Of a stretch of DNA of 64,000 nucleotides, positions 17,609 through 27,680 are shown piece by piece. The first letter of the stretch is position 1. Every line of letters starts with the position of its first letter. The DNA lies in IMG/VR virus record IMGVR_UViG_3300046616_000314, positions 310,001 to 374,000 of that record; one strand, given 5' to 3'. The translations under genes were made by a program, and so were the position numbers. The notes beneath the pieces were generated by a model. It had not been told where the DNA came from and did not search any database. It worked only from the letters and a program-made list of their open reading frames with translations.

Positions 17609-17959
17609 ATGTCTAAGATCAAATCCCGTTTTGGTAGAGACCTAGATTTCGGTGCCTTGGTTGCCAAGAACCCGAACACGCCTGCGGCGGGTAATGCTTC
17701 GATGAATGCTCGCGGCGACAAAATTGGTCGCAATGGCGAAATCATCAAGACTCGCGAAGCAATTTCGCACGAATATCACGCGACTTCGCGCACCGTGCAA
17801 CAACAAGTTGCCCTGCGTAATCTGAAGTCAGAAGTCTTCCAATCCCCGGCGGAAGCACTTGCTTCGCTGGCTGCGGCGAAAACCGCCCCGGCTCCGGTGG
17901 CGGAAGTAGAGAAGACCCCTGCGAAGAAACCTCGCAAGCTGGACGACTCGGCAGAATAA
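17609..17959 (+). CDS. hypothetical late protein
   Basis: TAAATA promoter, GGAG RBS. Confidence 0.75.
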   Translation: MSKIKSRFGRDLDFGALVAKNPNTPAAGNASMNARGDKIGRNGEIIKTREAISHEYHATSRTVQQQVALRNLKSEVFQSPAEALASLAAAKTAPAPVAEVEKTPAKKPRKLDDSAE

Positions 17960-17990
17960 AGAAAAGGGCGGGGAAATCCCCGCCCTTTTC
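17960..17990. terminator. bidirectional intrinsic terminator
   Basis: GAAAAGGGCGGGGA-AA-TCCCCGCCCTTTTC. Confidence 0.85.
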
Positions 17991-18211
17991 ATTTTACAGA
18001 TTATTCGATTTCACCAATTAAGGAACCGAACCCCGTTGCCCTATGTAGAAGAACACGCCCGTCTGTAGTCGGCTGCGTTTTGCGAAGGACCATCCGCAAA
18101 TACACAATATCATGTTTCAAAAGTCTGTCAACGAAAATTTTCGTAAAAATGAAATTGCAATCTGTTAACCAAACCTGTATTCTACGTTAATCAATTAAGT
18201 ACAGGTATTTT

Positions 18212-18565
18212 ATGTCCATTTTAACCCGTGCAGAGATTAGCACATTTACACCGCTTGTTAATCATGTCTTTGTGACCGATCTGGATTCTGGTGTTCAAAA
18301 AACAAAGAATGGCATCCTAATTCCCGATGACAACATGACCAATCGTGGCGTTCGTCCGCGTTGGGGTCAAGTCTATGCAGTTGGTCCCGACGTGACCGAA
18401 CTGAAGCCGGGCGAGTGGATTTATATCGAACACGGTCGCTGGACCGAACGCATCACGCTTCAATTTGAAGACCATGAAGTCAACGTTTGGCGCGTCGATT
18501 TCCCTGCGGCTGTCATGGTTGCCTCGGAAACCGATCCACGAAATACCGACCGAACCACACTTTAA
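18212..18565 (+). CDS. groES: GroES-like co-chaperonin
   Basis: PL..HVFV, KT..GILIPD, GQVYAVGP....LKPGE. Confidence 0.85.
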   Translation: MSILTRAEISTFTPLVNHVFVTDLDSGVQKTKNGILIPDDNMTNRGVRPRWGQVYAVGPDVTELKPGEWIYIEHGRWTERITLQFEDHEVNVWRVDFPAAVMVASETDPRNTDRTTL

Positions 18566-18589
18566 AATTGGTTTTTCCGTTTCGGTCTG

Positions 18590-18605
18590 GTATGGTTAAC
18601 CATAC
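18590..18605. promoter_or_regulatory. perfect 16-bp palindrome GTATGGTTAACCATAC (candidate operator)
   Basis: Intergenic, upstream of clamp loader; near-copy at 43834-43848. Confidence 0.55.
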
Positions 18606-18630
18606 TTTGAAAATTTAGGTTTTTTGATTA

Positions 18631-19566
18631 ATGAGCGTTGAACTCTGGGTGGAAAAATACCGCCCGAATACCCTTGACGAATTCGTCTGGAAAGATACCG
18701 CGCAGCGCAAAACAGCCGAAGAATGGATCAAGCAAGGCGCCTTCCCGCACCTGATGTTCTCGGGTGTCCAGGGTTCGGGTAAGACCAGCCTTGCCAAACT
18801 TCTGCTAAAGATGCTGAACATCCCTCGGGGTGACATCTTGGAAATCAACGCTAGTCGTGAACGTCAAGTTGACGTTATCCAAGATCGCATCGTTAATTTC
18901 GTTCAGACTTGGGCTCTTGGTCCGACTGGTATTAAGTACATTATTCTTGACGAAGCTGACAGCATGAGCCAATTGGCTCAACGTGTTCTTCGCGGGGAAA
19001 TGGAAAAGTATCACGATATGTGCCGGTTTATTTTGACCTGCAACTATCCTGAACGTATCATTCCGGCTATTCACTCGCGTTGCCAGGGCTACCGTTTCGG
19101 TTCTCTGGACTCCGATGAATTCACGGCTCGGGTGGGTGAAATTCTCGTCACGGAAAACGTCAATTTCGAAGTTGACGACCTTCTGGTGTACGTGGAAAAG
19201 ACCTATCCCGACCTACGGAAGTGTATCAACCTTGCTCAACAACATTCGTCGTCGGGTACGCTCGCGCCGCTTGAAGCTGATGAGGAAGGTACAAAGGATT
19301 ACCTAGTTGATATGGTCAATCTGTTCAACTCGGGTAAGTTCTTGGAAGCTCGTAAGCTTGTTGTCGGTCAGGCGCAAGTCGAAGAGTATCCCGAAATCTT
19401 CAAGTTCATGTATCGTAACCTGAACTTGTGGGGTGCTACCGAAGACAAGCAGGATGAGGCTTTGCTTATCATCCGGCGCGGTCTGGTAAATCACGCGGTA
19501 GTAGCGGACTTTGAAATCAATCTGGCGGCGACGCTGGCTGAACTTTCGCGTCTGGCAAAATCGTAG
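18631..19566 (+). CDS. clamp loader AAA+ subunit (RFC small subunit/gp44-like)
   Basis: WVEKYRP, GVQGSGKTS, EINAS, ILDEAD, SRC motif. Confidence 0.95.
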   Translation: MSVELWVEKYRPNTLDEFVWKDTAQRKTAEEWIKQGAFPHLMFSGVQGSGKTSLAKLLLKMLNIPRGDILEINASRERQVDVIQDRIVNFVQTWALGPTGIKYIILDEADSMSQLAQRVLRGEMEKYHDMCRFILTCNYPERIIPAIHSRCQGYRFGSLDSDEFTARVGEILVTENVNFEVDDLLVYVEKTYPDLRKCINLAQQHSSSGTLAPLEADEEGTKDYLVDMVNLFNSGKFLEARKLVVGQAQVEEYPEIFKFMYRNLNLWGATEDKQDEALLIIRRGLVNHAVVADFEINLAATLAELSRLAKS

Positions 19567-19573
19567 GATAACA

Positions 19574-19753
19574 ATGATTCCTGATTTGGAAATTTATAGT
19601 GCCATTCGGCGCGCTGATGGTTCCGTTCTCGTAACTTTTAGCAATCAACGAATGGAAAAATATAGCAATCCAGTGGACATTGCAGTTATCATACAGAAAT
19701 TGAAGAGACAGCAAGAAACTCTGCCTCCTAGATTTCCTAGTTTATTATCTTAA
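19574..19753 (+). CDS. hypothetical small protein
   Basis: AGGA RBS, ATG 19574. Confidence 0.45.
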   Translation: MIPDLEIYSAIRRADGSVLVTFSNQRMEKYSNPVDIAVIIQKLKRQQETLPPRFPSLLS

Positions 19754-19756
19754 TTT

Positions 19757-20230
19757 TTGGAGAATATTTTGGACGACACTGAAAACGTTGTGACTCCGGT
19801 TGAAGCAGCCGAAGCCACCAAGAAGGCGACATATGATCGCTACTTGCGTAATCGTCCTTTCCTCGTGATCAACACGGTTCGTCGTCCTTCTTCGAAGGCT
19901 CGCACGAATAAAGCGGGTTGGGCAGAGGACGAGACGAACTGGGAAGTTTTCGAACAACCCGTTCTTGTGGACCGTGTTAATGCGGTTCACATGAGAGACG
20001 CCACCGTCATTATTGACGTTATGAAGGCAGAAGTTGTTAAGACGCGCTTCGCGGACAATAGTCCAGAGGAAGTCGTCAACTACTACCTGAATAAGTATCG
20101 CGAACAAATTTCGGAAGCGATGGGCGTTTGGCTGAACAATATGTCTAAGAAGGTTGCTGCAAATATGCGCCGCGAAGACGAATTGGCGGCTGTCGCTGCG
20201 AAGATCGACGCTACTTATAGCGCGGTCTAA
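19757..20230 (+). CDS. hypothetical protein
   Basis: ORF with phage-like codon use. Confidence 0.7.
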   Translation: MENILDDTENVVTPVEAAEATKKATYDRYLRNRPFLVINTVRRPSSKARTNKAGWAEDETNWEVFEQPVLVDRVNAVHMRDATVIIDVMKAEVVKTRFADNSPEEVVNYYLNKYREQISEAMGVWLNNMSKKVAANMRREDELAAVAAKIDATYSAV

Positions 20231-20245
20231 CTCGGAAACCATTTT

Positions 20246-20854
20246 ATGAAATACATCCTTACGGATATTGACGACACAATCTTGCGCTTTGCTGACGCTT
20301 TCCAAGATTGGGCGGAAACCAAAGGTTATATCGGCACGGATCGTTTGCGCGATACTTGCTCAATAGAAAAACTTTTGGGGTCAACGGATCGAGAGATTGT
20401 CAACAATTTTATTGACGAATTTTCGTGTGATCCGAAGTTCATGGCTAACCTTGAACCCGAACCAGACGCGCTCGTCATTCTCCCGGTATTGCATAAGATG
20501 GGTTACGAAATCGTGGCAATTTCCTCATGTTCGGATAAGCCGGGCGTGCAGGAAAGTAGAGAAGCAAACCTGAAGAAAGTTTTCGGGTTTGATTTTGCTG
20601 CGGTCCATTGTGTGGGATTGCAGCAACCGAAAAGTGCAGTGTTGAAGAATTATCCTTCATCGATTTGGGTGGAAGATAATTTTAAACACGCACTTGACGG
20701 GGCGTCCATAGGTCACAAGAGCTACCTAATGGAACGTGAGTATAACCGTGACAAAGGTTTGAGATTTGCCACGGGGCGCATGGTACCGAATTGGTACCAT
20801 ATCCACCATGATATTGTGCAACAGGGTTTTCTTTTAGATTATGCGAGTGCGTGA
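20246..20854 (+). CDS. HAD-family 5'(3')-deoxyribonucleotidase-like protein
   Basis: ILTDIDDT, R..NL, IWVEDN. Confidence 0.8.
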   Translation: MKYILTDIDDTILRFADAFQDWAETKGYIGTDRLRDTCSIEKLLGSTDREIVNNFIDEFSCDPKFMANLEPEPDALVILPVLHKMGYEIVAISSCSDKPGVQESREANLKKVFGFDFAAVHCVGLQQPKSAVLKNYPSSIWVEDNFKHALDGASIGHKSYLMEREYNRDKGLRFATGRMVPNWYHIHHDIVQQGFLLDYASA

Positions 20855-21026
20855 GCAACTTTTAGACTTGGAACGCCAACGTCGGTTAGAAATTGAACAA
20901 CGTCGTATCGGTCAGCTAAAGACCCTTCGTAATCAATTTTCCACTTCGTATAGCAAAAAAGCTATCGAATATTTGGATACCGCCATTGCCCTTCTCGAAA
21001 GCGAGAATCAATGTTCGGGAAACTAA
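20841..21026 (+). CDS. hypothetical small protein
   Basis: Overlapping operon ORF. Confidence 0.45.
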   Translation: MRVREQLLDLERQRRLEIEQRRIGQLKTLRNQFSTSYSKKAIEYLDTAIALLESENQCSGN

Positions 21027-21562
21027 CGACCATTTGCGGTCCAATGTATGCTGGTAAGACCACGGAACTTTTGAAGCGAGTCCTATGGGCTCAACAGGGT
21101 CAAAAGAAACGTGTTCTGGTAGTAAAGCCAGCATTTGATGATCGGTTCTCAACCACTAAGATCGTCTCACATGACGGTCTTTCGGTTGACGCCAAGTCAG
21201 TTACGACTTGGGATCAAGTTGCCTTAGAAGCCGCCGACTCTGAAATTGTGTTCGTAGACGAAATACAATTTTTCCAAGAGCCGCATTTCAAGGGAAATAT
21301 CATTGAGCATATTCGAGACTGTCTAATAACGGGCGCCGACGTTGTAGTTACAGGTCTCGATATGGACTGGCAAGGAGAGCCGTTTCTGAAGACGGCTCTC
21401 CTTGCCGGAATGGCAGACAGCACGATTAAGCTGAAGGCTAACTGCACCCGTTGCGGTCAGCCTGCCGCCAAGACGCATAAGAAAGTCCCCGATGGGGAGC
21501 AAATCGAACTGGGCGCGGCTGACAAATACGAAGCCCGCTGTAACGATCACTGGGGTATGTGA
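21011..21562 (+). CDS. tk: thymidine kinase
   Basis: GPMYAGKTTEL, VDEIQF, GLDMDW.G.PF, C..CG, YEARC. Confidence 0.95.
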   Translation: MFGKLTTICGPMYAGKTTELLKRVLWAQQGQKKRVLVVKPAFDDRFSTTKIVSHDGLSVDAKSVTTWDQVALEAADSEIVFVDEIQFFQEPHFKGNIIEHIRDCLITGADVVVTGLDMDWQGEPFLKTALLAGMADSTIKLKANCTRCGQPAAKTHKKVPDGEQIELGAADKYEARCNDHWGM

Positions 21563-21698
21563 TGAAAGACGCCGCGATAGGCATAATCATCCTGTCCGCG
21601 TTCTTGATCACGGGATATCTAGTGCTTCTGCGCAAGCCAGGGATTGCAATCATCTACCTATTGGTGATGACCTACATCCTCATGGCGACGATGAACAG

Positions 21699-21911
21699 CT
21701 AGAATAAAATCGAAATTTCACGAACGTTGCCATCCTTGTCACGCACGAGGATGGCTTCTTCGTTTTTACGAACAGTCTTGACCCATTCAAGAAGCTTGAG
21801 GCTGTTCTTCACGGTTTCGGTATAGGTCGAATCCGTCTCTGCAACGTGTGCATCGAGAAAATCCCACACCGACTGTGGGATAGACATATTCAAATTACGC
21901 CGCTTAACCAT
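21699..21911 (-). CDS. ribbon-helix-helix DNA-binding protein
   Basis: RNLNMSIPQSVWDFLD....S.TETVKNSLKL. Confidence 0.65.
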   Translation of the reverse strand: MVKRRNLNMSIPQSVWDFLDAHVAETDSTYTETVKNSLKLLEWVKTVRKNEEAILVRDKDGNVREISILF

Positions 21912-21952
21912 AGCATTTCTCCGATTCTGCTTAGGTATAGCACGTATTTTGG

Positions 21953-22231
21953 CTACCACCAAACGTGAATAAAGACCGGGGTTACAGCAACGTCGATGTC
22001 GTGTTGCTTCAAGAACCTCAACATCTTCCCGTCGAAATCGTCAAGCGTATCGACGCTCGGACCATCGTACTCCGGGTGATAGTAATCGCGCAGCAACGTG
22101 AGATCGATCACCGAATGCTTACGAAAAAACTCGGTACTGATGTACCGCGCCTTGATTAGAGCTTGGATGTCTTGATCGGGAATAAAGCACCAATCAAGAA
22201 CAACGGCATTCCGATGGATGAATTCGCTCAT
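21953..22231 (-). CDS. hypothetical protein
   Basis: AGGAG RBS, TTGACA promoter. Confidence 0.6.
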   Translation of the reverse strand: MSEFIHRNAVVLDWCFIPDQDIQALIKARYISTEFFRKHSVIDLTLLRDYYHPEYDGPSVDTLDDFDGKMLRFLKQHDIDVAVTPVFIHVWW

Positions 22232-22431
22232 ACAAATCTCCTGATCAATGGTGGGGATTATTGCACGCTTATATGATTTTGTCAAGAAGACAATCATTAC
22301 TAATGAATACTATTAATATCGAAGTATAGCCAAGTATTTGCTATGGTTAATAAGTGAATAGATCATGAGTAGTCAAAAATTCCCTAGATAAAACCATACT
22401 TATTTAAAAAAATCTCTACTCCTAAATATTT

Positions 22432-23253
22432 GTGAGCGGTTTTAACAAACTCAAAATGGAGGCTGAAGTGGCAAGACACCTCGCCAGAAATGCAAAACGG
22501 TCTAACAAGCCCAACCCTCGGGAAGAACGCAACTCACCCGAATATTCTCGTTCTAAGCAACGAGGCGCCAACGTCATCGACTTTGATCACGGCAAAACTC
22601 AAACCAAAATTAAGCGTGTAGAACTTACACCGCGTAACCTAGCCCAAGAAGACTACGTTGATGCTCTCGAAAACGATAGCAAGTCAGTAGTTTTCGCAAT
22701 GGGTCCAGCCGGTTGCGGTAAGACTTTGCTGGCAACACAGTATGCCATCAAGTGCTTGCAAGAAGGTTTGATTTCCAAAATCGTCATTACTCGTCCAGCC
22801 GTCTCGGTTGACGAAGAACACGGCTTCCTCCCCGGCGATCTTATCGCCAAGATGACGCCCTGGATGATGCCGATTTTGGACGTGTTCAAGGAACATTATT
22901 CGAAAGATCAAGTCTTGAAGATGTTCACTGATGAAGTAGTCGAAATCGCTCCCCTCGCGTATATGCGCGGTCGCACATTCAAAAACGCAATCATCATTGC
23001 CGACGAAATGCAAAATTCGCAAGTCAGCCAAATGAAGATGGTTCTCACCCGTATCGGTGAAAACAGTCGTATGATCGTAACTGGTGACTTGAACCAGCAT
23101 GATCGCGGTTTCAAGATCAATGGTCTTGGTGATTTTGTTGAACGTCTAGAAAAGCGTGGAAGCAAGGCGATTTCCGTCATTCGCTTCGATGCACACGACG
23201 TTGAACGTCACCCGATCATTGAAGAAATTCTTGATATCTATGGTGATGACTAA
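22432..23253 (+). CDS. phoH: PhoH-family ATPase
   Basis: GPAGCGKT, ITRPAV, GFLPG, AYMRGRTF, DEMQN, GDLNQ.D; true start may be GTG 22468. Confidence 0.95.
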   Translation: MSGFNKLKMEAEVARHLARNAKRSNKPNPREERNSPEYSRSKQRGANVIDFDHGKTQTKIKRVELTPRNLAQEDYVDALENDSKSVVFAMGPAGCGKTLLATQYAIKCLQEGLISKIVITRPAVSVDEEHGFLPGDLIAKMTPWMMPILDVFKEHYSKDQVLKMFTDEVVEIAPLAYMRGRTFKNAIIIADEMQNSQVSQMKMVLTRIGENSRMIVTGDLNQHDRGFKINGLGDFVERLEKRGSKAISVIRFDAHDVERHPIIEEILDIYGDD

Positions 23254-23300
23254 ACAACAGTATAACCGGGGCGCCGCTCACTGACCCGGATGGTTAAACT

Positions 23301-23331
23301 GAAAGCCCCGCTCTAATCAGCGGGGCTTTTG
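23301..23331. terminator. bidirectional intrinsic terminator
   Basis: AAAGCCCCGCT...AGCGGGGCTTTT between convergent genes. Confidence 0.8.
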
Positions 23332-23340
23332 AGTCCTCGG

Positions 23341-23583
23341 TTATGCAGCTTTCCTATTCATATCAACGTATTCGTCATACGCTGCTTTAAACGAAAGCCC
23401 AATATACCATCGATTGTTGTTCGGACACGTCTTAATCCACAACGTATCGTCGCGGCGATCATAGCCGAACGCTTCAATTACTTTTTCAAGTTGCTCTCGC
23501 GTCCCCTCATGCAGGGTAGACGGAAAATCATGCCCATATTCAGCAAATGCTTTGGTAACACGCCAATAAATCAAATCTGTCAT
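23341..23583 (-). CDS. hypothetical protein
   Basis: AAGGA RBS, TTGACA promoter. Confidence 0.6.
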   Translation of the reverse strand: MTDLIYWRVTKAFAEYGHDFPSTLHEGTREQLEKVIEAFGYDRRDDTLWIKTCPNNNRWYIGLSFKAAYDEYVDMNRKAA

Positions 23584-23711
23584 GAGCAATTTCCTTAGTC
23601 GGATTCCCGACAGATATCCGTGCATCTGCGCGCTGTCAAGCTACGAAAATCGGCTTGACAAATATAGGATAGACGATAATATAGCCAAATATTCGTTTAG
23701 GAGTATTTGTC

Positions 23712-24089
23712 TTGAAGCTTAAGAAAGCCCCCAAATCGGTTGCCGATATTCGTACGAAGAAGGCTCAAGGAAGCCATATGGCGCCGACAAGCTGGGACAG
23801 CTACTTGCGCACTATGAACGAGCCCAGGCGCGTTCTAACGCCCAAGGAAGCCCGCGAAGCGGGCAAGGCATACTCCGGTCCCCTCATGGACGATAAGGGC
23901 AAACTGGACGGTTCCTGCAACCGCACGGCGTGCCAATATCCGCTTAAGGGCGAGCCCCGACAGTGGTATATGGAGGACATCACGAAGAACCACTATTGCG
24001 ATCAGTGCGCTCGCATGTTCAATCGTGATGATCGCGATATGCGTCAACCCCAACGTTGTATGCCGGTGGACCGAACCCATGAAGATTAA
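23712..24089 (+). CDS. hypothetical protein with Cys-rich (zinc-binding?) C-terminus
   Basis: CNRTAC...YCDQC; AGGAG RBS. Confidence 0.65.
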   Translation: MKLKKAPKSVADIRTKKAQGSHMAPTSWDSYLRTMNEPRRVLTPKEAREAGKAYSGPLMDDKGKLDGSCNRTACQYPLKGEPRQWYMEDITKNHYCDQCARMFNRDDRDMRQPQRCMPVDRTHED

Positions 24090-24375
24090 ACTTCGCATCA
24101 CCATGCGCGCAGGCATGAACGGCGAGCTTGCTCGCAAAGGAACCCCGTATTCGGACTACGAAATCCTGTTGGTGGATGAACTTCCGACTTACTCGGAAAC
24201 CGTGCTGAATACCATCGTGGGTTATGATCGGTTCATGAGCCACGTCTACGACATCGACCAGATTCGCCAGGATGCGGTGACGTATCTGAACGAGAAGGCG
24301 AAGTTCATGCATATTCAAATCGCCGAACCGGAGATCATCATCACCGATGCCGCCAAGAAATTGATGCTGGACTAA
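24079..24375 (+). CDS. hypothetical protein
   Basis: Operon ORF. Confidence 0.55.
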   Translation: MKIKLRITMRAGMNGELARKGTPYSDYEILLVDELPTYSETVLNTIVGYDRFMSHVYDIDQIRQDAVTYLNEKAKFMHIQIAEPEIIITDAAKKLMLD

Positions 24376-24785
24376 TGTATCAAGAACTTGTTCAATTTTT
24401 TCCCAAGCGTGGAACGCTTGATATTGCTCGCGGCAAGTTTGTGCTTGCTCTAGGGAGCGATATGGATTGGTCTATCTACAAGATCATGCGGCTGGAAAAG
24501 TACGGCGACAGAGTGTTCATCGATACGGATTTTATCGATGATCCATTTCCGTTTGATACGGCGTCGTATAGCTTTCATTCGCAAGAACAATTTGAATTTC
24601 ATGATGGTGACAGTTTCATCATGAAGAAAGATATTGTTGGCGTCTTTGATACTAAGGAACAAGTCAAAGCGGTCGGTGATATGATGGACGAATTGACACA
24701 CCAATTCCGAAGGCGTACAGCCGAAATGCGCCTTGAATTTTGGATGGGAACCCAAGGTGTGATCAACACCGGCACGAGGTACTAA
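24375..24785 (+). CDS. hypothetical protein
   Basis: TAATG-coupled ORF. Confidence 0.6.
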   Translation: MYQELVQFFPKRGTLDIARGKFVLALGSDMDWSIYKIMRLEKYGDRVFIDTDFIDDPFPFDTASYSFHSQEQFEFHDGDSFIMKKDIVGVFDTKEQVKAVGDMMDELTHQFRRRTAEMRLEFWMGTQGVINTGTRY

Positions 24786-24786
24786 C

Positions 24787-25026
24787 ATGCCTTTGTATAT
24801 GGACCCGCTTGAAATGGAAATTCCGATGGAATACGTCGAATTTCCATCTGGTGATCTGAAACGTGAGCTAGTGCATTGGTGTAAAGCAAATCTCGGAACG
24901 TGTTATCACTTTGAAGAAACCGAAGCCGACAAATGGAAATTTGTTACTTTGGATGTCGAAGAAATGGCATTGTTTAAATTGAAGTGGTCCAGACAAACAA
25001 AAACGGCGGGGTTTCCCCCGCCGTAA
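24787..25026 (+). CDS. FKLKW-family small protein
   Basis: HWCKANLG ... DVEEMALFKLKWS. Confidence 0.75.
   Translation: MPLYMDPLEMEIPMEYVEFPSGDLKRELVHWCKANLGTCYHFEETEADKWKFVTLDVEEMALFKLKWSRQTKTAGFPPP
24998..25024 (-). terminator. terminator of capsid operon
   Basis: ACGGCGGGG...CCCCGCCGT with U-tract on minus strand. Confidence 0.75.
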
Positions 25027-25050
25027 TCGTTGTCTATTTCTAAGCTAGGC

Positions 25051-26265
25051 TTAGATGAAGGACAGAGTGCCGGTGTCGATTGCAACCAGACCCAGGTAGT
25101 CAGCAGCGTTGCCGAGCGACGAAGCACTGTTGGACAGTTCAACGTAGCCGTAACGTGTTTGGAAGCTAACGACTGGTTCGAAGGTTTGCGGATCGATAAC
25201 AACGCCCGAGCTTGTCAGCGGGACGTAAGGGCAGTAGAACGCAGCGGCGTCCATTTCGTTACCCTTATAACCAACCAGAACCGGAGTTGCGTCCGAAGCG
25301 TATTGGTCAACGTAAACGCGCATGGAGTTGTTCAGAGTACCGACATACTTAGTATTGGTCGGAGCTTCGAAAACGCCTTCGGTTGTACGGGCGAAAGCCG
25401 ATGTAGTTGCGGATTGCAGGATGGTCAGAGCGGTCGGCGAAACGACAACCCAGTTACCAGCACCACGGCGAGTACGCGAAGCGATCAGGTTAGCTTGACG
25501 GTTGATCAAGATAGCCAGAGCGGCGTGAACGTCACCGACGAAGGTCGGGGTACCCGAGACTTCATCTTGCTTGAAGGTCGAAGTAGCAGCACCCGGCAGA
25601 GCACGCAGCGAAACCAAGATTTCTTGGTCGATTTCTGCGGTGATTTCTTGAGCCAGGATTGCCATGATTTCTGCTTCGATGTCAATGCCTTGTTGGGCTT
25701 GAGCATCTTGGGCAGCTTCGTAAGTCCAGCGAGCCGACAGCTTGCGCGACTTAGCTTCAACGACTTCCTTCAGGATTTGGATCGACAGGCGATTACCCGG
25801 CTTTCCTTCCAGAGCGGATGTCGGTGCAGCCTTCGGGGTAGCAACGTTTTCGTTACCCGAATAGAAACGAGCGATGTCAAACGGCGACAGGGCTTCGTTA
25901 CCAGCCGAGACACCACCGCCAGCGGTCGGAACGGTATCAGCGTAACGGACGCGCAGGGTGTGGATTTGGGCAACGGGACCGGTCATCGGTTGAACGCCGA
26001 TGATTTCGTTGGCGATAACGGTAGGCATAACGCGGCGGATAACCGGCAGAATGACCTTGTTCAGAGTAGCAACCGACGCTGCGTTGGTAGCACCGGCAGT
26101 AGCCGATTCCATCAGGCGCAGTTCGCGACGGGTGTTCTCAAGAACAGTTTCCATCATCTTCTTCTTAGTTGTGTTAGGTGTACCGTCCATATTACGGGTC
26201 AGGTCTTCACCTTCGCAAAGCGTTTGCTTGATTACGCTCCACTGAGATTCAAAAAGCTTCGACAT
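25051..26265 (-). CDS. gp23: major capsid protein (T4 gp23-like)
   Basis: GVQPMTGP, AKSRKLSARWT.E.AQD, LAQEITAEID.EI, TRRGAGN, FYCPYVPL, TRYG. Confidence 0.97.
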   Translation of the reverse strand: MSKLFESQWSVIKQTLCEGEDLTRNMDGTPNTTKKKMMETVLENTRRELRLMESATAGATNAASVATLNKVILPVIRRVMPTVIANEIIGVQPMTGPVAQIHTLRVRYADTVPTAGGGVSAGNEALSPFDIARFYSGNENVATPKAAPTSALEGKPGNRLSIQILKEVVEAKSRKLSARWTYEAAQDAQAQQGIDIEAEIMAILAQEITAEIDQEILVSLRALPGAATSTFKQDEVSGTPTFVGDVHAALAILINRQANLIASRTRRGAGNWVVVSPTALTILQSATTSAFARTTEGVFEAPTNTKYVGTLNNSMRVYVDQYASDATPVLVGYKGNEMDAAAFYCPYVPLTSSGVVIDPQTFEPVVSFQTRYGYVELSNSASSLGNAADYLGLVAIDTGTLSFI

Positions 26266-26283
26266 TTTGAAAAAACTCCTTAT

Positions 26284-27531
26284 TTACTTAATACCGGCAA
26301 GGCGAATAACTTGCGCTAGTTCATGATCGATTTCGGCGTCTGTATCGGAAACCGATTCTTCAAGCCGTGCGCGGCGGTCGCCAGTGACGACGGTTCCACG
26401 CTGTTCTTGGTGGTTCTTCTTCTCTTCCATCAGAGCGGGCTTAGCCGTGGCAATTGCCGGGCGAGCCTTGCTTTCGTTCAGAACGACAGGAAGGAGACGA
26501 TTGAAGGATTCGCGGAGGTTAGGTGTTTTCACCATTTCCAGCATACCTTCCATGACTTGCTTCTTTTCACCGCGAAGGTTAGAAAGAAGTTCGTTCATGA
26601 TTTTCGTGCGAACCGCACGGTCTTCAGCCAGCTTATTCTTGCGAATAAGTGCAGCCGACGATTGTTCAGCTTCGTTCAGCTTGGACTTCAATGAAGCCAG
26701 TTCTGATTCCTTCGATTCAACGACGGTTTGCAGAGTGGCAATTTCAGTACCTTCGACTAGATAGCTAGTCATGAATTCAGCAGCGACAGCTTCGAAGATG
26801 CGACGACCGAACGAGTTCTGACGATTACGTTCTAGGTCTTCATGCAACTGGGTCATTTCACGCTTCAGCGACTCATTCACCATTTCCTCAACCTTTTTGG
26901 CAGAGTGCTTGATGAATGTAGTTTGAGTTTCCTTCAGCTTCTTACGACCTTCGGAAACCAGCTTCAGACGAGTTTCGACTAGAGCACGGTGATCTTCTTT
27001 AAATTCAACGAGTTCTTTGCTGAGATTACGCACAACAAATTCATCGATTTTTTGGACACGTTCAGCTTGTTGCTTAGCAACGCTTTCCTTCAGAGCCTTC
27101 AGGTCTTCAAGAGCCGTCTTGCGGGTCTCAACGAGAGCCGAACGGGCTTCCTTCAGCTTGATAGCTTCCTTGGAAAGTTGTTCCACGGCGAAGTTGTTTG
27201 TAAGGTCAACGTGTTCCTTCAACTTCGTCTTGTACTGAGCACGCGATTCTTTTACTGCATTACGGAATGCCTTACGGGCTTCAGCCAACTTAGCGACTTC
27301 AGCCGATTGCTTTTCCGCATGTTCTGTGACCGCTGTAGTAATCATACGGTCCATAGCTTCGACGAGTTGTCCGTGGTCATGTTCATAACGACGGGCAAAT
27401 TCTTCGCGAATCGACAGTTCTGCCTCTTCACGCGCCGCAGCCACCTTTGCATCAAAGGCTTCCTGTAGGCTTTCAACGATGTCCGAAGACAGTCCAGCCT
27501 GACCAAGAAGTTCTGCGAGAGTTTTATCCAT
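26284..27531 (-). CDS. prohead core scaffold protein (gp22-like)
   Basis: Coiled-coil protein between protease and MCP; FGRRIFEA motif. Confidence 0.85.
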   Translation of the reverse strand: MDKTLAELLGQAGLSSDIVESLQEAFDAKVAAAREEAELSIREEFARRYEHDHGQLVEAMDRMITTAVTEHAEKQSAEVAKLAEARKAFRNAVKESRAQYKTKLKEHVDLTNNFAVEQLSKEAIKLKEARSALVETRKTALEDLKALKESVAKQQAERVQKIDEFVVRNLSKELVEFKEDHRALVETRLKLVSEGRKKLKETQTTFIKHSAKKVEEMVNESLKREMTQLHEDLERNRQNSFGRRIFEAVAAEFMTSYLVEGTEIATLQTVVESKESELASLKSKLNEAEQSSAALIRKNKLAEDRAVRTKIMNELLSNLRGEKKQVMEGMLEMVKTPNLRESFNRLLPVVLNESKARPAIATAKPALMEEKKNHQEQRGTVVTGDRRARLEESVSDTDAEIDHELAQVIRLAGIK

Positions 27532-27534
27532 AGG

Positions 27535-27680
27535 ATGAGTTCTCCTTTGGGTTTAATCGGTTCTTTGACTGACGCCTAGACTTCAGTCATACTTACAAGG
27601 CAAGATGATTTCAGATCATGTTGAGCAAATCGGTCGGAACCAAAGAACGCTGCAACGTGTAAGAAACACTTGCCTATACA
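27535..27680 (-). promoter_or_regulatory. structured 5' leader of scaffold/capsid operon
   Basis: TAAATA promoter near 27685 followed by several interleaved complementary segments. Confidence 0.5.

Noticed and set aside
23258-23300. Imperfect hairpin in the phoH 3' UTR as an ncRNA
   Set aside because: Short, with no promoter of its own; cannot be distinguished from ordinary UTR structure.
25030-26319. 429-aa plus-strand ORF
   Set aside because: Antisense shadow of the major capsid gene; no motifs or RBS.
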